IMG/VR virus record: IMGVR_UViG_3300022907_000007
Span: 10,743-74,742 of that record
Strand: one strand, 5' to 3'
From: a virus
DNA length: 64,000 nucleotides
Part shown: in pieces, positions 55,475 through 64,000 of the stretch
Layout of the letters: every line of letters starts with the position of its first letter
How positions within the stretch are numbered: the first letter of the stretch is position 1
Program-made: the position numbers and the translations under genes
Notes under the pieces: generated by a model
The model's input: only the letters and a program-made list of their open reading frames with translations
Database searches by the model: none
What the model was told of the DNA's origin: nothing

Positions 55475-55659
55475 GCATGCCTAAGCATCCATCCTGTCCC
55501 AACTGTGGGGACAACTTACTCAGGGAACACCTGAACATGGGCGATGAGGTCTGCAGATACTGCGGGCCAACTCGTGAGCTAGACACTTACGGTGAGCTAG
55601 AGAAGAAACAATTTGACGCATGGTACTCAGCGTACCTCGATGAGAAAGGTGGAGAATGA
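55471..55659 (+). CDS. Small zinc-finger protein
   Basis: CPNCG...CRYCG. Confidence 0.55.
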   Translation: MSMPKHPSCPNCGDNLLREHLNMGDEVCRYCGPTRELDTYGELEKKQFDAWYSAYLDEKGGE

Positions 55660-55856
55660 ACAACAAGGCAATGAACGAGCCAACAGTGGACGATGTGATG
55701 AGCCACTGGAGCAAGTGCGGATCGATCAAGGACACCGCTGAACACTTTGACAAGACCTACAAGTCAGTCGAGATCATGGTTGCACGTTACAAGTACAACT
55801 ATGAGCGGAGCTTCAACTTCCCGCACATCATCCACGCCAAGAGGTTCGGAGCATAA
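55656..55856 (+). CDS. Small HTH-like protein
   Basis: GSIKDTAEHFDKTYKSVE. Confidence 0.55.
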   Translation: MNNKAMNEPTVDDVMSHWSKCGSIKDTAEHFDKTYKSVEIMVARYKYNYERSFNFPHIIHAKRFGA

Positions 55857-55938
55857 TGGAATTTGTCTGCGCTTTAATCATCACTGTGTCACTACTGGTC
55901 TGGCTATGCCTATGGTGGGACGCCAACGAGAAGTCGAA

Positions 55939-56145
55939 ATGAGTACGATCTGGAGAGCAGTCAGCAAGAAGCGTGGTTGGGTAGTGCATTTCGGAAACCA
56001 CAGAGACCTAAACGCATTCTTGTATTCCAATGGTGCGTCTGACTACGAGGTAGACAAACTTGAATACTCAAGAAAAATAGACATCATCAAGATGCTAAAT
56101 GGCAGTGCCTTATGTGGTTGGGTCAACGGGAGAAAGCGTAAGTGA
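55939..56145 (+). CDS. Hypothetical protein
   Basis: Coupled ORF; start inferred. Confidence 0.5.
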   Translation: MSTIWRAVSKKRGWVVHFGNHRDLNAFLYSNGASDYEVDKLEYSRKIDIIKMLNGSALCGWVNGRKRK

Positions 56146-56438
56146 GATTCACTGACCTGATGTCGGCGTTTGAAGAGATGGAGTATCTCGTCCATACCAC
56201 TGGCCGCACATTCAGGATTATCCACTCAGGCACTAAGACTCCGGCCTATCATGTAGTCCAAAAGGCAGGCAGTGCCAAAGTCCCGTTCCTGATCGCAGAA
56301 CTCAATTGTCGCAACGTAGTAGGTGACGAGCAGATACAGAAAAGCCGTGGGAGAAAGACCCAGAAGAAAATGGTTGGCAAGAAAGAGATCACCAAGGATG
56401 GCCTCTACCAATACAGCGCACCATCGAGAGCAAAGTAG
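56142..56438 (+). CDS. Hypothetical protein
   Basis: Coupled ORF. Confidence 0.55.
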   Translation: MRFTDLMSAFEEMEYLVHTTGRTFRIIHSGTKTPAYHVVQKAGSAKVPFLIAELNCRNVVGDEQIQKSRGRKTQKKMVGKKEITKDGLYQYSAPSRAK

Positions 56439-56501
56439 AACGTGTTAGCGCAATCGTGTTATAAAGCGCCTATCAACACTTTGGACGCTATAGGCACAGA
56501 G

Positions 56502-56882
56502 ATGGCAGGTGGAAGACCAACCAAGTACAACGCGACAATCCAGAAAAAGGCAGAGGACTACATCAAGAATCTGCCAGAGGATGAAGTCGTACACAGCATT
56601 GAAGGACTCGCAGATCACATCAACGTGGCCCGGTCTACAGTCTACAAATGGCGTGATGAGATTGAAGAGTTTTCGGACACGTTAGAGACAATCCTGAGAA
56701 AACAGGCTAAGACTTTGATCAACCGAGGGCTTGCAGGTGAGTTCAATGCGCCGATGACCAAGATGATGATGAACGTCAACCACGGCTACAGAGAGCGCAC
56801 AGAGCTAGACAATCTTTCGAGTGATGGATCGATGTCGCCACAGAAGATCGAGCGGGTCATCATCGAGGCTACGCAGGTTTGA
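56502..56882 (+). CDS. Terminase small subunit (phage B)
   Basis: MAGGRPTKYN, HTH GLADHINVARSTVYKW; directly before TerL. Confidence 0.85.
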   Translation: MAGGRPTKYNATIQKKAEDYIKNLPEDEVVHSIEGLADHINVARSTVYKWRDEIEEFSDTLETILRKQAKTLINRGLAGEFNAPMTKMMMNVNHGYRERTELDNLSSDGSMSPQKIERVIIEATQV

Positions 56883-58174
56883 GTGCAATCCTACGGTTTG
56901 AGACAGCATCTGTCTTCAGGCCACTGCTAGAACCGGCACGATACAAAGGCGCATGGGGAGGCCGAGGTTCAGGCAAGTCTCACTTCTTTGCCGAGCTACT
57001 GATCGAAGACTCAGTCAGGATACCGGGCATGCGAGCGGCATGTATCCGGGAAGTGCAGAAGTCACTCAAGCAATCATCCAAGCGTTTGATCGAGGATAAG
57101 CTCCAAGCGTACAACCTCGGAGAAAGGGCGGGCTTTAAAGTCTACCGGGAAGTCATCGAGACGCCGGGCGATGGCGTGATCATCTTTACTGGTATGCAAG
57201 ACCACACCGCTGACTCTATCAAGTCACTGGAAGGCTTTGACCGAGCATGGATCGAGGAGGCGCAGTCACTGAGCCACAGATCGCTAGAACTACTCACGCC
57301 AACCATGCGTAAGGAAGGATCAGAGATCTGGGCATCATGGAACCCTAACCGGCCAACAGATGCGATCGATCAACTACTGCGAGGCGTCAACACTCCAACA
57401 GGCTCGGTAGTCGTCAACGCTAACTGGAAGCACAACCCGTGGATCAGTAAGGTACTATTGCAAGAGAAGGACGACTGCTTACGCATGACTCCCGATCGGT
57501 ATCCACATGTATGGGAAGGTGAGTATGCTACTGTCTTGGAAGGTGCGTATTATGCTAGACACCTATCGGAAGCGGCACTTGAAGGTAGAATCGGATTCTT
57601 TGGAAAAGATCCTCTTATCAAACTACATGCCGTGTGGGACATCGGTGGAACGTCCAAGAAGTCGGATGCGACTGCTATCTGGATTGTTCAGTACATCGGC
57701 GAAGAAGTCAGGCTGATCGACTACTACGAGGCAGTAGGCCAACCGTTTGAGTCTCATGTAAACTGGTTGCGAGCCAAGGGCTACGAGGATGCGCTCATGG
57801 TACTGCCGCACGATGGCAGGAAGCATGACATGGTCTACAAGGTCACACCGGAAGGATTCCTGCAAGATGCCGGATTCACTGTTGAGTCTATCAAGAATCA
57901 AGGCGCAGGCGCTGTACTGTCCCGCATCGAAGCGGCCCGCCGGATGTTCCCATCCTGCAGATTCCACGATGAAAACACTAAAGGCGGACGAGAGGCACTC
58001 GGTTGGTATCACGAGAAACGTGACGAGGCCAGAGGTCTCGGTCTCGGCCCTGAGCATGACTGGGCATCCCACGGCGCTGATGCTTTTGGCTTGGTGGCCG
58101 TCTATCGACAGGGCATCCATCAATCCGACTCGTGGGATACGCCAATACGAAGAAATATCGCGGGTGTAGCCTAA
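56879..58174 (+). CDS. Terminase large subunit (phage B, PBSX-like)
   Basis: WGGRGSGKSH, WIEEAQ, SWNP, WDIG, SHGADAF. Confidence 0.95.
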   Translation: MSAILRFETASVFRPLLEPARYKGAWGGRGSGKSHFFAELLIEDSVRIPGMRAACIREVQKSLKQSSKRLIEDKLQAYNLGERAGFKVYREVIETPGDGVIIFTGMQDHTADSIKSLEGFDRAWIEEAQSLSHRSLELLTPTMRKEGSEIWASWNPNRPTDAIDQLLRGVNTPTGSVVVNANWKHNPWISKVLLQEKDDCLRMTPDRYPHVWEGEYATVLEGAYYARHLSEAALEGRIGFFGKDPLIKLHAVWDIGGTSKKSDATAIWIVQYIGEEVRLIDYYEAVGQPFESHVNWLRAKGYEDALMVLPHDGRKHDMVYKVTPEGFLQDAGFTVESIKNQGAGAVLSRIEAARRMFPSCRFHDENTKGGREALGWYHEKRDEARGLGLGPEHDWASHGADAFGLVAVYRQGIHQSDSWDTPIRRNIAGVA

Positions 58175-58225
58175 TCACTGTTTAGTGGTAAAATGTCCGA
58201 GTGATCACATACTTGGGACGCTCTG

Positions 58226-59815
58226 ATGGCGAAAAAGCAAGGCTTACTTGACGCACTGTCTGATTATTACGAAGGATTCTCATCGATCCCAAGCTCTGTG
58301 ATGGGTTACATTGGCTCCACAGATTCATCAAAGATGGCGGATGACGCGACTCAGTATGCAAAGCAGTCAGCAGAGGCGTTAGCAAAGCAGTTCAAAGAAG
58401 ACCCATTCAACATGTTGCTCGACATGGCTCCAATCGTTGGAGAGGTCAGAGCATTCATGGATGCAGAAGATCTGCGGACAGCGGCAGATCAGGCAGATCA
58501 GGTAGGCGATAAGAGCAAGGCTGAGAAACTACGCCAAGAAGCATCAATCACAATGACTGGTGCTATTCCACTGTTAGGTATGGCGGCTCGCGCAGGTAAA
58601 AAGATTGGTACTGCCGGAATGCAGATGACCAATGACGGAAAGCCGATATTGCGTTCAGATATTGTTGGTGAAGAAAACATCGCAGTGCCTGATCAAGACA
58701 TGATGTTGGCAAAGCGTTTGATCGATACAGGATTCCTCACTGTTCAATCTGCCGGGAAGCCATCAAGCGTTAAAACAGCAATTAAAAATTACCGCAAAGC
58801 AATGCAGTCATCAAAAGCATTTGCAGACCGAGAAATGAGAGCCGCTGAAAACGATTTCCAAACAATCTTCACTCCAACTGATATCGGAGAGCGTACAACA
58901 TTCAACCCAGAGACCTTGTTTGGCAAAGTAGTTATCCCGATTCAGGGTGATGTATCAAACCTTGGGTTGCTTGAGCGAGTTGGCGGGATCGATGTGGATA
59001 CTCCTGTGCAAGCAGGAAACAAGTACAGTCAGCAATATAAAGACTCAGGCTTTGGTTGGCAGTCTATGTTGGATACAGCGCAGTCAGTCCAGAACAAAGT
59101 ACGCACAGTAGCAGATGATACGGGTCAGGCTCCTGTTGGTGTTTACACAACAATGGGCCTTGAGGCGACAAACTTCAGCACACCAATTGCTGAGGCAATG
59201 TTGAAGCAGATACAAAACTCAAAAATCACAAAAGCCGATAAAGCCGCTTTTGACAAAAAGCTCAGAAGCAAAACGATCAAAGACTCCAAGGGCCGTGTTA
59301 AAAAAGTATTTCCTGATTGGGTTGGGCTAGATCATCCTGATGCTATGGATCAGTTAATGGGCCAAGGAAAATACGAAAATATTGGCAAAAAGCGAACTGC
59401 GTTCACCACAACGATGAAGACAAACGACTTCAGAGATAGGGGCTTCCCAAACTACAATGAGTTGTTGTTTGCCACACAAGACCCAGATTTGGTTAATGCG
59501 CCAATTAAAGGTTCCGGTCTTTCAACATACCAAACAATTATTGGCGATGCTGTTTATGACCCAACAATCCACAAAAGCTACACAGGCAGAATGCCGGGCC
59601 AATACTCTGGCGGGTTAGGTGGGTCAATCCCATTTGAAGTAATGTTCCCTGATGCATTCGCAGAGCAAATGAAGCGCAAGACATCAGCAGGTGAGCCGTT
59701 TACGCCATCACAAGCTATTGATGCTGTCATGAAAAAACCTGAAGGGTTCCAGAGAATGGATGAGCGAACTGTGCAGGGCATCCTCGATTACATTAATCAA
59801 TACGGGTTGAAGTAA
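58226..59815 (+). CDS. Large hypothetical protein, possibly virion-associated
   Basis: 529-aa ORF between TerL and adaptor. Confidence 0.6.
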   Translation: MAKKQGLLDALSDYYEGFSSIPSSVMGYIGSTDSSKMADDATQYAKQSAEALAKQFKEDPFNMLLDMAPIVGEVRAFMDAEDLRTAADQADQVGDKSKAEKLRQEASITMTGAIPLLGMAARAGKKIGTAGMQMTNDGKPILRSDIVGEENIAVPDQDMMLAKRLIDTGFLTVQSAGKPSSVKTAIKNYRKAMQSSKAFADREMRAAENDFQTIFTPTDIGERTTFNPETLFGKVVIPIQGDVSNLGLLERVGGIDVDTPVQAGNKYSQQYKDSGFGWQSMLDTAQSVQNKVRTVADDTGQAPVGVYTTMGLEATNFSTPIAEAMLKQIQNSKITKADKAAFDKKLRSKTIKDSKGRVKKVFPDWVGLDHPDAMDQLMGQGKYENIGKKRTAFTTTMKTNDFRDRGFPNYNELLFATQDPDLVNAPIKGSGLSTYQTIIGDAVYDPTIHKSYTGRMPGQYSGGLGGSIPFEVMFPDAFAEQMKRKTSAGEPFTPSQAIDAVMKKPEGFQRMDERTVQGILDYINQYGLK

Positions 59816-60573
59816 TGGCTAATCCAAGTTTTATTGATCGCATTAACAACCCACAAGATTATCCATATGTGAAAAACCCAGATGGGTCGATATCTACTCA
59901 CCGTATGGCGGCAGAGTATGATGAGGATAGTGGCCAGTGGATGGCCTTTCCAATGATCCAGATGCAGGGAGATCAACTCAAAGTTTACGAGGATGATCAG
60001 TTAAGGTCGGCAATGGACAGCGCGATAAAGTCTGGAAACTACTTGCCGATGCCAAGCAAAGAAGCGGCTATCGAATACTCAAAAGGTGGGTATAAAACAG
60101 ACGCTCTGAATAATTTTGGTAAATCAATTTCAAATCAGAATCCATACGAAAACTACGGCATCCTCGACTTGATCAACGATGTACCCTACTCGGAGCTACA
60201 CAAGTTCTTCACAAAGGGTCATCAGACGTACTACAACAATGCGCCGCAGATGATACAGGAGTTACGCCCAGAGCTAGCAGGTCAGCGTGTCGATCGCAAC
60301 CTACAGGATCAAATGCTAAACTTTATCGGCGGGTACGACATGGCCGCACGAGGCATGAGTCCAGAGGCCGCAATGAGTGGAGCAAGAGCTTATCAGGGCA
60401 AACAGTATCTATTCAGTGATCGCAAGCCAGACGCTATTGGCGACTATGAAGAGAACGTAGCAGGAGTCCAAGCGTTTGACCCAGAGCAAGGAAGACTATC
60501 AGATGAGGCGCTGATTGATCTCGCTCTGAAGTTTGCTCGTGATAGAATGGCACAAAGCCAGAGGAATCAGTAA
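59815..60573 (+). CDS. Hypothetical protein, possibly two fused domains
   Basis: Coupled ORF. Confidence 0.6.
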   Translation: MANPSFIDRINNPQDYPYVKNPDGSISTHRMAAEYDEDSGQWMAFPMIQMQGDQLKVYEDDQLRSAMDSAIKSGNYLPMPSKEAAIEYSKGGYKTDALNNFGKSISNQNPYENYGILDLINDVPYSELHKFFTKGHQTYYNNAPQMIQELRPELAGQRVDRNLQDQMLNFIGGYDMAARGMSPEAAMSGARAYQGKQYLFSDRKPDAIGDYEENVAGVQAFDPEQGRLSDEALIDLALKFARDRMAQSQRNQ

Positions 60574-61181
60574 TGGCACTATCTAACTATGGCGAGCTAA
60601 AGACAGCGATCGCAGATTTCTTAAACAGGGATGATCTTACATCGGTCATTCCTACATTCGTTGCGCTTGCAGAATCACAGATAGCTCGTGACCTACGCCA
60701 CTGGCGACAAGAGGTACGGGTAACTGCTGATCTAAACGAGCGGTTCGAGAACCTGCCGACAGATTGGTTGGAAGGTGTTCACCTATACCTAAGTGATGGT
60801 GCGCCGGTAGAGTACGCATCAGTCGCGGAGATCGGACGCCAGAAGGTGCTGACCAACGACACTGCAGGTAAGCCACGGCTATACACGTTGAACTCAGGTC
60901 AGATCGAGTTCTACCCTGCGCCTGATGAAACCTACACTCTCACAATGGTTTACTTTGCTCGCATCCCAACAATGAGCGGTGACGCAGACGCAAACTGGCT
61001 CATGACTTATTACCCGGACGTTTACCTGTATGGCTCACTGCTACAGTCAGCACCTTATCTAGCAGAAGATGCTAGAATCGCAGTGTGGGCGCAGTTATAC
61101 AGCGCGGCAGTCAAGAATCTAGGCGATGATTCAGAGAAGGCTCGGTCATCAGGTGGGCCGCTCGTGATGAGGAATGCGTAA
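60573..61181 (+). CDS. Head-to-tail adaptor protein
   Basis: YGELKTAIADFLNRDDL..IPTFV.LAE, YPAPD, PDVYLYGSL. Confidence 0.7.
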   Translation: MALSNYGELKTAIADFLNRDDLTSVIPTFVALAESQIARDLRHWRQEVRVTADLNERFENLPTDWLEGVHLYLSDGAPVEYASVAEIGRQKVLTNDTAGKPRLYTLNSGQIEFYPAPDETYTLTMVYFARIPTMSGDADANWLMTYYPDVYLYGSLLQSAPYLAEDARIAVWAQLYSAAVKNLGDDSEKARSSGGPLVMRNA

Positions 61182-62668
61182 TGACCGAATGGACTCCTAA
61201 CGTCACACCAACGACAACGTATGAGCAAGAAGCCGGGATGCTCCCATCCGGGGCAGGTGTTGACGAGAACATCCTCAATCTAACCACTCGCGCAGAGACA
61301 GCCGCTACCAACGCTGAAACAGCAGAGACAAACGCTGAGACTGCAGAGACCAATGCGGAAACTGCACAGGCCGCCGCTGAGTCAGCGCGTGATGCCGCTG
61401 TAGTCGCCCGCACTGGAGCAGAAACTGCCGAGACTAACGCAGAGACAGCGCAAACAGCCGCAGAAGCCGCTCAGACAGCCGCTGAGGCCGCTCAGACAGC
61501 CGCAGAGACGGCGGAAACAAATGCGGAAACCGCTGAGTCCAATGCACAGACTTATGCCGCTAACGCGCTATCTAGTGCCAACGCATCGGCAAGTTCAGCA
61601 ACAGACGCAGATACAGCAAAGACGGCGGCAGAGTCGGCAAGGGATGCAACGCTCGCGGCTTACGACAGTTTTGACGATCGCTACCTTGGTGCAAAGGCAT
61701 CCGATCCTGCGACAGACAATGACGGCGATGCACTTGTAGGCGGGTCACTGTACTTCAACACCACTGACGGCATCATGAAGCTCTATGACGGTAGTGCATG
61801 GGTAGCGGCTTATGTGTCAGCGTCCGGTGTGCTAACAGTCGCCAACAATCTATCTGATCTTGGAGATGCGGCTACGGCTCGCACAAATCTAGGGTTAGGA
61901 ACAGCGGCCACTACAGCGGCCACAGACTATGCGACAGCGGCTCAAGGAACACTGGCGGCATCAGCAACACAGCCGGGCGACAACGTATCTACACTGACAA
62001 ATGACGCAGGGTATCTAACGTCATACACTGAGACTGACCCGGTCTACACCGCATCATCTTGGTACACAACGACAAACAACTCAGGAAACTGGGACACAGC
62101 CTATGGATGGGGTGACCACTCCACTGCAGGTTATCTCACTAGCTTCACAGAGACTAACGATCTATCGACAGCGGTCACATGGGCCAACGTACCAGACGCT
62201 AACATCACACAGTCGTCAGTCACACAACATCAGGCGGCACTGTCGATCACAGAGAGCCAGATTAGTGACCTCCAGTCTTATCTCACATCTATTGCCGCTA
62301 ACTCTGTAGGTATTACAGAGATCAACGTGACTGATGGTACTAACGGTCAGGTACTGACAACTAACGGTGCAGGTACGCTGTCGTTTGCTGATGCGTCCAC
62401 TGTGGCGGCTCTCAATGACCTCACAGACGTATCAACCTCTGGCATCACTGATGGGCAAACCATTGTATACAACTCAAGCACTACATCGTTTGAGCCGGGT
62501 ACTGCAGGTGGTAATACAACAACCAATGGCCTGTGGGAACACAGTGCAACCATTAGCGCTAACTACACAATTACATCAGGCAACAACGCAGTGGCGGCAG
62601 GGCCGATAGATATTGCAAGCGGTGTCACAGTAACTATTCCAAGCGGATCAAGGTGGGCTATCGTATGA
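61181..62668 (+). CDS. Ala/Thr/Glu-rich tail fibre protein (phage B)
   Basis: AETAETN repeats, FDDRYLGAK, ARTNLGLG; homologous to 22757-23929. Confidence 0.75.
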   Translation: MTEWTPNVTPTTTYEQEAGMLPSGAGVDENILNLTTRAETAATNAETAETNAETAETNAETAQAAAESARDAAVVARTGAETAETNAETAQTAAEAAQTAAEAAQTAAETAETNAETAESNAQTYAANALSSANASASSATDADTAKTAAESARDATLAAYDSFDDRYLGAKASDPATDNDGDALVGGSLYFNTTDGIMKLYDGSAWVAAYVSASGVLTVANNLSDLGDAATARTNLGLGTAATTAATDYATAAQGTLAASATQPGDNVSTLTNDAGYLTSYTETDPVYTASSWYTTTNNSGNWDTAYGWGDHSTAGYLTSFTETNDLSTAVTWANVPDANITQSSVTQHQAALSITESQISDLQSYLTSIAANSVGITEINVTDGTNGQVLTTNGAGTLSFADASTVAALNDLTDVSTSGITDGQTIVYNSSTTSFEPGTAGGNTTTNGLWEHSATISANYTITSGNNAVAAGPIDIASGVTVTIPSGSRWAIV

Positions 62669-62853
62669 CAGTTACAATCAATGGAACAACAGGGATTGTC
62701 ATGGAGGAGAACAAGGTAGAGCTTGGGTATTTCTCTAATGACGACAGCGTTGATACAGCCTTCACTGTGCCTAGTGGAGACAATGCGGCTATTGTCGGGC
62801 CTGTGACGGTCAATCAAACAATCACAGTAAACGGGACTCTGACGGTACTCTGA
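62665..62853 (+). CDS. Small fibre adaptor-like protein
   Basis: GPVTVNQTITVNGTLTVL resembles the C-terminus of the 26121 product. Confidence 0.6.
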   Translation: MTVTINGTTGIVMEENKVELGYFSNDDSVDTAFTVPSGDNAAIVGPVTVNQTITVNGTLTVL

Positions 62854-62854
62854 T

Positions 62855-63394
62855 ATGGCAAGTGAACTCATAGTACAAACACTCAAGGGGCCAACTAGCG
62901 GGGCCAATGCGAACAAGGTGATTATCCCGTCTGGGCAGACGTTAGAGTGTTCTAGCGCAGTAGTTTCGCCGGGCAGTATCCTGCAAAAAACAACAGTGTC
63001 TCAAAATACTCAACAATCATTCACTTCAAGTAGCTATGCTGATACCAATGTTTATATTGAGCTAACCTCCGAACAAGCAAACTCTGACTTCTTTATGACG
63101 TTTTGTGTGGGGGTGTCACCAAATAATTTTTACAGTATTTATGGAAGACTTGTGCGCCGAATCTCTGGGCTGTCTGACGTTACTATATCGGAAGGTCGAG
63201 TTCATCGGGCGCAAGGGACATCAACTGGAGATGCCGATAGGCATTACCCAGTAACTTATATTGATTCTCCTAGTGCCGCCGCAGGAACTACGGTTCAATA
63301 TATGTTCCAAGTTGCTAGCGGAAACAACGGCTCTATGGTGCGTGTTAACGATAACTCCAACACTACCATTACCCTAATGGAGATCGCAGGATGA
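62855..63394 (+). CDS. Fibre-tip cassette protein 1, phage B allele (ends MEIAG)
   Basis: 62873-62943 identical to 26601-26671; body divergent. Confidence 0.7.
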   Translation: MASELIVQTLKGPTSGANANKVIIPSGQTLECSSAVVSPGSILQKTTVSQNTQQSFTSSSYADTNVYIELTSEQANSDFFMTFCVGVSPNNFYSIYGRLVRRISGLSDVTISEGRVHRAQGTSTGDADRHYPVTYIDSPSAAAGTTVQYMFQVASGNNGSMVRVNDNSNTTITLMEIAG

Positions 63395-63879
63395 CAACAC
63401 TCTATGTAGACAACATCGCCCCGAATCTCCAAAGTAAGATCAGTGCGCCTAACCTTCAGCTTCCTAGTGGGTCTGTGATTCAGGTTGTAGGTGCTAATGA
63501 CATTATTACTGCAACTAACACTAACTCAACAAGTTTTACTGCTACTACACTAGCGGCCACAATTACGCCAACAAGTTCGTCTAGTAAAATTTTAGTTACA
63601 GCAACTTTTAGTGCCACACAAGATGGTGGTTCTAATGAACAAGCTCAAGTCACCATTTATCGTGGGGCAACAAACTTGCGCCCTTCTGGAACTTGTAATT
63701 TTATGTATGACCATCCCGGTGGCAATGTAGGGTTTAGTGGAACTTATATGGTGTATGACAGCCCTGCTACAACCTCTGCAACAACCTACACTGTGTATAT
63801 CAAAGTAAGTGGGTCAGGTTCATTTTTTAGAGCAGTAGCCGGGACAGACACCATTACACTCATGGAGATCGCAGGATGA
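63391..63879 (+). CDS. Fibre-tip cassette protein 2, phage B allele
   Basis: Highly similar to the 27122 product. Confidence 0.7.
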   Translation: MTTLYVDNIAPNLQSKISAPNLQLPSGSVIQVVGANDIITATNTNSTSFTATTLAATITPTSSSSKILVTATFSATQDGGSNEQAQVTIYRGATNLRPSGTCNFMYDHPGGNVGFSGTYMVYDSPATTSATTYTVYIKVSGSGSFFRAVAGTDTITLMEIAG

Positions 63880-64000
63880 GCAGTATAATCAAAGTCGATC
63901 AAATCCAACTGGCTGATGGCTCGACACCAACTGCGGGTGATCTTGGGTTGAATGTTACTGGTAGCACTTTACAAACAGTCAACGCTGTTTTTTCTGGTTC
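63876..64000 (+). CDS. Fibre-tip cassette protein 3, truncated by window end
   Basis: Identical to 27589-27713. Confidence 0.75.
   Translation, partial: MSSIIKVDQIQLADGSTPTAGDLGLNVTGSTLQTVNAVFSG

Larger units (their letters stand above)
27589..63875 (+). mobile_element. Phage B: apparently complete ~36.3-kb podovirus-type genome with lambdoid recombination genes, bounded by a direct repeat
   Basis: Second full set of TerS/TerL/portal/scaffold/MCP/lysis genes; 27589-27713 is identical to 63876-64000 (offset 36,287). Confidence 0.8.

Noticed and set aside
32950-60615. Apparent excess of CGATCG in phage B (HIP1-like)
   Set aside because: Only about twofold by eye and rarely the full GCGATCGC; not supportable without counts.
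643-62916. Many alternative-frame and antisense ORFs in the supplied track (for example 16131-16616, 36448-37032, 57623-58123)
   Set aside because: They shadow well-supported genes and lack RBS or motifs.

Overview
This window is bacteriophage DNA, apparently two unrelated podovirus-type genomes joined through a shared tail-fibre cassette. Phage A (1 to about 27.5 kb) has a leftward early/replication arm: T7-like primase-helicase, PolA, SSB, exonuclease, resolvase, metallophosphoesterase and class I RNR, with no phage RNA polymerase visible. Its rightward late arm carries TerS, lysozyme, a LysM hydrolase, TerL, portal, scaffold, capsid and fibres. Phage B (about 27.6-63.9 kb, an apparent 36,287-bp circle with all genes on +) has its own fibres, ejection proteins, portal, scaffold, capsid, lysis genes, Sak/YqaJ/NinB/NinG module, SF2 helicase, TerS and TerL. 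It ends by re-entering the sequence seen at 27.5-27.7 kb. Most notable unexplained signals: (1) eight copies of RGTTAACTYGGTTAACM in phage A's early arm, with spacing that shrinks steadily toward about 14.7 kb; (2) a ~370-nt highly structured, promoter-preceded non-coding region upstream of phage B's nuclease/helicase/primase-Zn-finger genes; (3) phage B early cassettes with a conserved leader stem and covarying GUAA stop-codon hairpins; (4) tandem sigma-54 sites; (5) fibre genes with identical junctions but swapped bodies shared by both phages; (6) strong GCWGC avoidance in both. All calls were made by eye, with no database searches.
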